Assembly (NCBI GenBank): GCA_044892525.1
Contig: CM097885.1
Coordinates: forward strand, 43,960,001 to 44,024,000
From: Schmidtea polychroa
Taxonomy: Eukaryota
Reading direction: 5' to 3'
DNA: 64,000 bases
The notes beneath the pieces are model-generated. The model had not been told where the DNA came from. It saw only the letters and a list, made by a program, of their open reading frames with translations, and searched no databases. Shown here one piece after another: positions 54,990 through 64,000 of the stretch (the stretch's first letter is position 1; each line of letters starts with the position of its first letter). Made by a program: the position numbers and the translations under genes.

Positions 54990-57655
54990 CAGAGGTTCTC
55001 AAATGGGGTGCCCAGTCATCGGCAAGAGGTACCCAGCCATTTTAAGAATATATTTTTGCAATTTCCTCGCATCTAATTAAAAAAAAATTTTTAATCGATT
55101 GATTAATTATTTTACAGATTAACAAAATATTTTAAGACTTTTTATTTATTTAAAGATTTTCAATAAACGAACCCATTTAAGGATGAACAATCGGGTAAAA
55201 AAGATCAATAAAAATGAAAACGAATCTAACAGTGAAGTATCTCCTAATACGAACAATCTTTCTTACAAAAAGACTTATTCTTTGCTGATTAACTCTCATA
55301 TATTGAAGCAACGAAAAACAAACTTCGAAAGCCAAGAACAACAGGAAGATTCAAGGCCGAAAAAAGGATCTTCTTGGTAATGGCACCGAAATAATTATTC
55401 GCATTGCTGCTTCTCTCCGAGATAAGGGCAAAATAATGAAAACCCTTTTTAAGCCTCCAAATGATAAAAATAAGAGGGCAACAGAAGCTTCTTTTATCGT
55501 GAGCCTGCAAATTGCCAGGTGGGGAAACCTCACACGATTCCTGAGGATTTTTTCAAACCGTGTATGATTGAAGTGGCTAAATGTCTGCTTGGGAATCAAA
55601 CAACCCAACAATTTGAAAATTTACAGTTATCGAACAGCACTGTGTCAAGTAGAATCAAGTGCATTGCTAATTCACTTGAAAATGAATTGATAGTAAGATT
55701 GAAGAACTCTGAATTTTTTGCCATTCAATTGGACAAAAGTACGGACGTTTCTGGACTCGCGATTCTTTTAGTATTTGTAAGATATCAGTATGAAAAGCGG
55801 ATAGAAGAAGAACATTTGCTCTGCAATGTTCTTAAGAAAAATTCAACAGGAGAAGAAATTTTCAATTCAATTTTTAATTATTTTAATGAGAAACAAATTG
55901 AATGGGAAAAGTTTCTTGATATTTGCAGTGATGGCGGAGCAGCTATGATTGGAACAGTCAAAGGTGCTGTATCTAGGATAAAGAAAATAGCAAAGAATGC
56001 AACAAGCAGCCACTGCATCATTCATAGACATGCATCAGCAACCAAAAGAATGCCTGCTGAGCTACAATCTTTTCTTGAAAATGCTGTCAACATGATCAAT
56101 AACGTGAAGAGCAGTGCGCTTCAGTCACGCCTTCTGAAGCTTACTGCTGAAGAGATGGGAATAAAACACCGTCAGTGCGCTGGCTTTCACATGGAAAAAT
56201 ACTCGTCAGATTGGTATAAATGCGGGAGGCTTTAAAGGCAACTTTCTCGGATTTTTTATTTTATTCAACAGCTATCTGATGTCAATTGGAGTCTGAAACT
56301 CTGTTATCTGGCAGACATTTATAATTCATTAAATGAAACCATGACATCTTTACAAGACAAAAATCGAAACTTTGATCAAATTGATAAAATCAGAGTTTTT
56401 AAAAAACATATTGCTTTCTTCAAGGATAGTGTCAAAAAGAAAGACGAGACAGTCTTTCCTAGATTAAATGAGTTTATTAGAAAAATGAACATCAACATTA
56501 AAACAGAATCAAATGCGGATTTTTTAAGAACAATAATTTCTCATTTACAGGATTTGGAAACAAGCATTCAAGATTTCTTTCCAGATATTGATGCTCCAGA
56601 CATGTTTTTCTGGTTAAAAGATCCGTTTTCCGTCGAGCCCGACCAGAAAACTCGAGTTATGTCGAATGAAGATTTTAAAGATTTACTTATGATTGACCAA
56701 GATAGTGATTTGAAAATTAAGAACCGTGAGTTAACTTGAGAAGAGTTTTGGATGCAGTTTTGTTCAGAAAAGATGCATATTGGAACACAAGCAATCAAGA
56801 AACTTCTTCCTTTCAACACAACTTTTTGGGGTTCGGTACGAGCCGGAATTAAAGATATTAGGGCTATTTATGAATTAAATAAAAAATTACAATACTTAGA
56901 ATATTAATAAAAATAGTATTTAAATAAAAATATGTAGTAAAAGTATTAATTAAATAATTACTATAAATAGAATATGTAATTCTAAATTAATATAAATATC
57001 GTTACAAATTTTTGTTTAGAGGACAATTAATTGGACAAAATTTAAAGAGGACCCACTTGTAAAAGTTGACGAGAAATCTCACAAATAATCTTAATTAGAT
57101 AAGAAGAAAGTCAGACTGAATCCAAATATAGTTGATCAATTTCGATTTTCGCAAGTACATAATTATAATCAGTTATTCTAATTTAAGTGGAACTGCGTAA
57201 TACGTATTGATCGAAAAAGTTGTCATCTCTCTAAAACAAAGTCGAGTTGGTATAGATCATAACCATTTTCTGGTTCTCTCTATTTATAGTTTCTAAATTA
57301 TTTACGGATAAAGATATTAGTTAGTTTTATTACCTTTTATTTGTTAAAATATTTATTTATTAAAATATATATAATTAAAGGGTCAAAGCTTCAGTACGCC
57401 TTTTGTTACTGTTTCGCTTTTGGAAAATTAAGTCTTATTCATTTCTGGGATTTAGACTATAGAGTAAAATTTACGGGATACACCCTCGTCTTTGTCCTTA
57501 GCACCTATATTGGGCTGTTGGCGCATTTAGGGCCAGCCTTGATACTTTGTAATAACCTTCAGGGTGGTTTGAATAATCGATATCTGTACTTTAGCAATCA
57601 GCCAGTATTCTTTTGTTTTTATTCAATAGTTGAGTTACATTACATATATATATAT

Positions 57656-57740
<85 letters not shown>

Positions 57741-58231
57741 TTTGATTCAATAAATATTTAAATCCATATTGTTATTTATTTGTTTAATATATATCATATA
57801 CGCAAACTATTAACACTTGTGGAGTCAAACTATATCTGTGTTAGATCGAGTACCGCATCGAACCTAACAAACTCACTTGTGCGAATCGGCATTTTCGACT
57901 AATGCATATATTAAAAATAAGTACAGAAACAAGTTGGCTGGATCAGGACATTTAAGAATAAAACTAAGTAACATTCATGTTGATGCACGTAAACTTGCTG
58001 AAGATATTTCGAACAAGTATCATTCAACGCATTAATAAATTTATTAAGCTCATTCTTGGCGATTTTTGTTTTCTTAATTTTTTAATTAAATAATTTCAAA
58101 ACTTTAATAATTTAGGTTTAAACATTTTTATATAAAAATTTCATCTTTTTAGATAAAAAATCTAATTGGGTACCCTCAAACCTTGTATACCGGGCAAGGT
58201 TGCCTTGGCCAAAAAAGTTTGAGAATCATTG
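54990..58231 (+). mobile_element. hAT (Buster/ZBED5-like) transposon with nested solo LTR
   Basis: TIRs CAGAGGTTCTCAAA / TTTGAGAATCATTG; TSD CTCTAGAT / CTCTAGAA; transposase GKPHTI, QLDKSTD, CSDGG, HCIIH, and LPFNTT|HLCESAFS rejoined in frame across the LTR. Confidence 0.9.
56824..57869. mobile_element. Solo LTR inserted in the hAT dimerisation domain
   Basis: TSD AACT (56820-56823, 57870-57873); termini T(T)TTGGGGTTCG...CGAACCTAACA; removal restores the transposase frame; contains (TA)n at 57643-57735. Confidence 0.8.
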
Positions 58232-58561
58232 CTCTAGAATCTAGATCAACCCCAACATTTTTATTATTACTACCATAATTTTTTATGGTCACTTTTAAAC
58301 CGTTTTAATTTTTTGATGATATTTCATATACTTTCATTCTGTAAAAAGATCAAAAATTTAATTCTACCCGACATAAATTTTTGATCTTTTGTCGAAATGA
58401 AAATAAATGAAACAATATTATTTGAATGAATTTTTTAAACTATTTTAAATTGTTTAATTTTTTATATTTTTGGAATTAATATCAAGGAACAGCAAAAAGA
58501 GAAAAAAATATCCGACTTAAGAGAAAAAAGAAAAGATCAAATAATTTTCGTAATTCGAAAT

Positions 58562-58565
<4 letters not shown>

Positions 58566-58638
<73 letters not shown>
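58566..58638 (+). repeat. (ATT)n microsatellite
   Basis: Read directly. Confidence 0.95.
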
Positions 58639-58856
58639 CAAGAATGTAGTATGATTGTAGTGCCGTAAATTGTTATGCTTTCTTTGTTTTTCAGTATAAA
58701 TTAATCATGAAAAAATGACTTTTATTTTATCAAAATACTAGTGATAACTGAAGAAAAGATTAGTCTGTAATAATTGATAAGATAATTTGTCAACGTAGTA
58801 GCACAAAATATAAATATTTCTAAATTTCATTCTATCTGATTCTTTTAGTACGTCAA

Positions 58857-59624
58857 ATGTTGATCACCGTTGTCATTTTTTTTATGTTAAAATGTTGTTT
58901 TAGCAGTCACATTGATGAGCACTTTGAATTGTTGCAAATTGAAGAATCGGAACATGGTAAATTTCAGGATTTGTCAAGCAATGTCATTTATAATTTAGAC
59001 TCACTTCCTAACATAATCCACAATGAAGCGGTTAAGTCGTATGAACCGTTGCCAGCAGATGACTATTATGATACACTGTTTGATGATGATCACAAACTTG
59101 ATGTAAATGAATATGAACTCTATGAAACAGAGCATAAAGATGAGTATGATGATGCTTATTATTATCATGGGCATGAAAGCGGTGATGAGCATAATATGGA
59201 AGATTATGAAGAGGACAAATTAAATGAATCGTATGAACCTGAACCCAGCGTTAAACACTATCATGATTATGAACCACATGCTGACCATGAAAATGTCTAC
59301 GAAAATGACCATGAAACAATGACTAAAAAGAAAACTCAATTCTATGCCACGGGGAAAAACAGGCAGGAGTATCCTTATAAGTATGATTCACGAGGATATA
59401 GAGAAAAAGAAGTTCTGCGAAAACTTATTGCATCGGAAAAGAAGAAAAAACATACAAGGCCATCAAAGGGATATCTACACGAAAACGTCGTACCAAGTGT
59501 CCGACGTGATTACTCTGATAAAATACAATATGGTAGAGTTTCTATGAAAAATGCTTTATCTAAGCCTATAGCAATATTCGGTCCATTAACGTTGAAAATT
59601 CATGAATTGAGATTCAAATTATAA
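58857..59624 (+). CDS. Uncharacterised secreted protein, 255 aa, acidic His/Tyr-rich N-terminal half and basic C-terminal half
   Basis: Longest intact ORF in the window; hydrophobic N-terminus MLITVVIFFMLKCCFSS resembling a signal peptide; AAAATG start context; no TE motifs. Confidence 0.75.
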   Translation: MLITVVIFFMLKCCFSSHIDEHFELLQIEESEHGKFQDLSSNVIYNLDSLPNIIHNEAVKSYEPLPADDYYDTLFDDDHKLDVNEYELYETEHKDEYDDAYYYHGHESGDEHNMEDYEEDKLNESYEPEPSVKHYHDYEPHADHENVYENDHETMTKKKTQFYATGKNRQEYPYKYDSRGYREKEVLRKLIASEKKKKHTRPSKGYLHENVVPSVRRDYSDKIQYGRVSMKNALSKPIAIFGPLTLKIHELRFKL

Positions 59625-60344
59625 GTTTTCATTTTCAATTTTAGTTAGTTGTGTTGTCACGGTTGATTGAATTAGCCATTTAATCGTTTTGATTATGAAA
59701 GTTTTTGTCTTACATTTAATTATTCAATTATATTTTATATAATTTAATGACATTTTAACACCCTCGGTGCTATATGCAAGATATTACGTTGTGAGGGTTA
59801 TAAATTTTATTTGACTACTATTTCCAGGAAAGTTGTTTAAATTAATAATAATTACTATATTTTTAGGAAAATGTTTTATTTTCCGCTTTAAATTCGAAAC
59901 ATTCGAAAAATCTTTAAAAGAATTTTTAACATAATAATTTAATGTTTGTAGCGCAAAAATATAATATTTAGTGTTCAAAATATTATGCTATAAAGTAAAT
60001 TTACTTGTTTACTTATGTTTTTTACATGTGTAAATCACTTTTGCTGCACTTTTATGAGTTTTAACCCTTAATTTATCAGAAATAAAAATCATATTTACTT
60101 ACGGTGACCATATGTCCTTTATTTCGCTGTTATTTTCGTAATAAATGTTATAAATTTATGAGTTATAAGGTATTTTTTATTTTCTTCGATATGTCCTTTT
60201 TTTCCAAAAAAATATGGTCACGGTAATTATATTACATATTATACCCTATATTATTTTTATATTTTTTATATATATTTATTATATTTTTATAATATGAAAT
60301 ATGCATAAGAAATATAAGGTTTGTAGAAAAATTCATTAATTTAA

Positions 60345-60520
60345 AATAAATAGTTAAACATACATGGCAATGATTTAATTATAAGAAAACGCCAATCAAC
60401 CATTCTTTTCACGATATATTTCGACAGTTTTCCTGTCATCATCAGGTGGGATATAATAACTCATTAAATTAAGGATTTTAAACAAATTTATTAATTTTAT
60501 TCATTATATAAAAATATTTT
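60345..60520 (-). mobile_element. Solo PLE family A pLTR fragment
   Basis: Closely matches 15418-15590. Confidence 0.85.
60410..60448 (-). ncRNA. Intact minimal type I hammerhead ribozyme (family A)
   Basis: CAC CUGAUGA U GACAG GAAAA CUGUC GAAA UAUA UC/GUG: full core, perfect 5-bp stem II, palindromic AUAUAU helix III, 3-bp stem I. Confidence 0.88.
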
Positions 60521-61755
60521 TATTATTTAATAAAAACATTTCATTTTTCATTTGTTATTTGATTCAGATAAGGGTTAAAATTAACTCATTTTAGCTCAGT
60601 AAAATTCTTCTAAGATATTGCTTTCAATAATATAACCAAGGCAAATAAAAATTATGTTTATTTAAAATCGGCAAACCATTGAAAAACGTTTTATTTAACT
60701 TTATATATTGTGACTTTTATTCATTTTATTTTCAATTTTTTATGAGAAATGAAACACATAAAACAAACTTTGATTCATGTGGCTGGAGATTTTTTTAAAA
60801 ATAAGTGTGTATTTTATACTTTTCGAGGTGTTTAATAACAAATTAAATTTGTTTGAATAAAATTAAAGTTTTTAAAAAATTAAATTATTTTATTTTATAT
60901 TCACAAAATTTAATTAATTTTCTAAATAGTAAACATTAAAACAAATTAATTTTTGTTTCATAAAATATTAGATAATAATTAGTTCTAGATATTAATTTCC
61001 TAAATAATTATCTTGTAATTGAAGCTGAACAAGAAGCGGAATATTTGGGTTCATTTTTAGAGATATTAAGTCAAGTATTTCTTTTTCAAAAATAGAAGAA
61101 TATGCTATTAAAAACAATCATGTGAAATTCATCAGTATGACTTTCATGATTACGAGGCCTTTCTCCCCTTTAGGTATATTATTTTTGATAGATTTAACTT
61201 GATATGTGATGATATTTATCTATTCAGTGCTCAGAAAGAACCTATATATGTCCCATTAATAAAAATTATTTGTAAAAAAATACATATTTTTAATGTATAT
61301 ATAATAAATATTGCCGAATAGTAATACATTCATGACTAATGAATGATCTAGAAAAGAAAATTTGTTTATAGTTGTTTATATATAAACAAATAATAAAATA
61401 CATTAATGTCGGGTGAATTGTAAAAGTTTCAAAGTTACATTTGACCTAAAATTAAATAGTGACTCAAGGTGGCAGATTGACAGGAAAAGTAATAAAATGA
61501 AATTATTACAAACTATAATAATAACATTGTAAATAACATTGTAAAGTAATAACAATTAAATTTAATAAATAGGATATTTTCATCAATATGAAGTTTTAAA
61601 ACAAATTTTCTGAGATTTCAATTCTAGTATTATTATCAAGCAGTTGTGATTTATATTTAATCATAAAAATTTTGTAAATATTTTTAAAGTAAACTTTTCA
61701 TAAAAATTGTGATGATCAAATTTCACATTATTTTAATCTTTAATAAACTCTTCCA

Positions 61756-62222
61756 GTAGATGGTTTGGGCACCGCTAGACCACCTCCCCTCGTTATAAAA
61801 AAATTTATAATTTTTTTTCAAGGTCAAATTTTAAACAAAGACATATGACTCATCAAGGTCAATTTTTTCAAGGTCATTAAAACAAAGATCATGACATCTA
61901 TAGCTCATTCGTAAGGTCTTGCACCAAGCTTCTATATGAGCCATTGAACAATGAAATATAATGATAGGAAGACTAAGTTTTGGCATGCCAAATAGTAGAT
62001 CACCGCTAGACCACTCAATAATATTTTTGAAAAATAATAATAAAATAATAATGACCTTGATTAGTCATCGGATGAGTCACACGACCTTGAAAATGTCCTT
62101 GATGAGTCATGGTCTGTTTCAATGACCTTAGTGAGTCATGTCTTTGTTTAAAATTTGACTTTGAAAAAAATGTTTCTTACTTTTTATAAGGTAGGTGGTC
62201 TAGCGGTGCCCAATCCATCTAC
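61756..62222. mobile_element. Foldback MITE with long TIRs
   Basis: GTAGATGG(T/A)TTGGGCACCGCTAGACCACCT at both ends inverted, plus inverted subterminal TTTCAAGGTCAAATTTTAAACAAAGACAT block; no clear TSD. Confidence 0.8.
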
Positions 62223-62674
62223 ATTTTCATTACATTTTAAAATTGTATTTTCCATAATCTTTTACTATATACGTTTTGTGTGTAATTGCCATTTCATTCA
62301 AATGAATAGGCAATAGCTGTAACATAGGTTTATTTTGCAGACTTGAAGTTATTTTTGGACGGGTTAAAAAATTGGAGAATCATTTGACAAAATGTATCGA
62401 TCTAATGTTCTATGAAAAGTAACTGAATTTTCTCCTTTCCCTCGTATATCGATTGTTCATAAATCATTGAAATTAGAAGCAATTCCCATGTAACGGGCAC
62501 AGATCGGTAACAAATATAAATACCATTACAATTAACACATAAAAATATCACTTTTCATATTATTTTGTTTCATTTAAACCATTGAAAAAATTAAATTTTC
62601 AAATTTCTTGTAAATCGATATTTAGTAAAACATTTGAAAAGATAAAGACGGATTCATTTTATTTATTGAAACAA

Positions 62675-62975
62675 TTAGATTTTATATCCTGAATGTATAC
62701 AAGCAATACCACCAAGCAGGTTCTCATAGGTCACACATTTAAATCCTGATGCTTCAATCATTGACTTGAATTCATTTTGATTTGGAAACTGACGAATACT
62801 TTCCACCAAATATTTATATGATTTCCAATCTCCTGCTATTAGCTGACCCATTACTGGGATAATTTCGAACGAATAATTATCATACATCCTTAATGTTGAA
62901 AATATAAGTCAATGTCAACAAATAATTATTTCATTAATCTTTTTCTTACTACCAAGCGAGATACTGATTCAATTC
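62675..62975 (-). CDS. COQ5: C-terminal part of ubiquinone biosynthesis C-methyltransferase (UbiE/COQ5 family); last exon 62888-62675, intron 62889-62952
   Basis: [69 protein letters not shown] is the characteristic COQ5 C-terminus; phase-2 GT-AG intron joins NQYLAW to MYD. Confidence 0.92.
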
Positions 62976-62989
62976 GCATATAGATTTAT

Positions 62990-63208
62990 TCATTATATTA
63001 AATTATTTAATTATTATATCAAATTATTTAATCATTATACCAAATTATTCAATCATTATATCAAATTATTTAATCATTATACCAAATTATTCAATCATTA
63101 TATCAAATTATTTAATCATTATATCAAATTATTTAATCATTATATCAATTTATTTAATCATTATATCAATTTATTTAATAACTATGTCAAAATATTTAAT
63201 CATTAAAT
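62990..63208 (+). repeat. 21-bp minisatellite (TCATTATATCAAATTATTTAA), about 10 copies
   Basis: Read directly. Confidence 0.92.
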
Positions 63209-63730
63209 TAAATCCTTTCGAAAACAGGAAAATGTACTTTTTATGGTTACTTCTTTGATATTTCATTTATTTTTATTCTGACAAAAAATAAAAATTAATT
63301 CTATGCAACACACATTTTAAATATTTTACGAGCATGAAAATAAATGGAAATTTAATCATTTTTTTTAAATATAGTAAGGTTTTTTGTTAACCCTGTCCCA
63401 TGCTAATTTTTTTTAAATTCAAATGGAAAATTTTGATTTATTCTGTATGTAAGTATGTCCCACTTGTATATTACCTCTCCGAGATGTAAAATTCAAGCGA
63501 TTCTTGACCTTTTCGTCAATTACGTAGGACAGAAATAATTTAAATGACTTTTTCATTCAACTTTAAAAATTACTTAATTCTAAGACTTTAATATTTTCAA
63601 ATAAAACTAAATGTGATATTTTATATGTATGTATTTATAATGGTGATTTCGATGTCTTGACTTGTTTGGATATTAATAAAATATCGATTAAAAAATATTC
63701 CTTGACCTGCTCTTTGTGTTACTTAATTAA

Positions 63731-63944
63731 CCCTTTCGCACCGACTTTCCGCTAATGACACTATGCTAAATTTATATATTGGAACTTGTTAATATTGACC
63801 TAAATATGAAATATTCTCATTTTTGTAATCGTGGCGCTTCTGAATATCCTAGAAAGTCCTGGGCTTTTATGGACCATTCAAAATATCCCAGTAGGATCAT
63901 GATGAAAGTTTCTGGGACGTATTGTCCCAATAGGGGCGAAAGGG
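63731..63944. mobile_element. piggyBac-type MITE (214 bp)
   Basis: TTAA TSD on both sides; TIR CCCTTTCGC(A/C)CC, 11 of 12 matching. Confidence 0.85.
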
Positions 63945-64000
63945 TTAAAAGTCCAACAAAAATAGTTTCTTTATTTAATCATGTTGAATTCTGTCTTAGA

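Noticed and set aside
60065..60574. TTAA-CCCTTA...TAAGGG-TTAA piggyBac-like bracket and inner TACGGTGACCATAT inverted pair (60100-60225)
   Set aside because: The outer TIR match is only 6 bp and the inner pair lacks a TSD; plausible MITEs but too weak to call

Overview
Very AT-rich eukaryotic (metazoan-like) genomic DNA with tiny GT-AG introns (about 53-64 bp), long (AAT)n/(TA)n microsatellites and a dense, nested set of transposon relics. Host genes are few: a divergent calmodulin-like gene (minus, 17856-18366+), an orphan secreted His/Asp/Glu/Tyr-rich protein (58857-59624) and the 3' end of COQ5 (minus, 62675-62975). Mobile DNA includes a decayed BEL/Pao element, a Gypsy pol remnant, three solo LTRs with 4-bp TSDs, four Buster-type hAT transposons with 8-bp TSDs (one young and GC-richer than the host), a mariner relic, several MITEs and two blocks of Polinton/adintovirus-like genes. 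The most interesting layer is at least three Penelope-like (PLE) retroelement families carrying minimal hammerhead ribozymes. One family has a U3-A8 compensatory catalytic core (UUGACAA instead of CUGANGA) and repeatedly forms snap-back hairpins inside (ATT)n tracts, twice with the apex at the ribozyme. All calls come from reading and hand-translating the sequence; no database searches were run.
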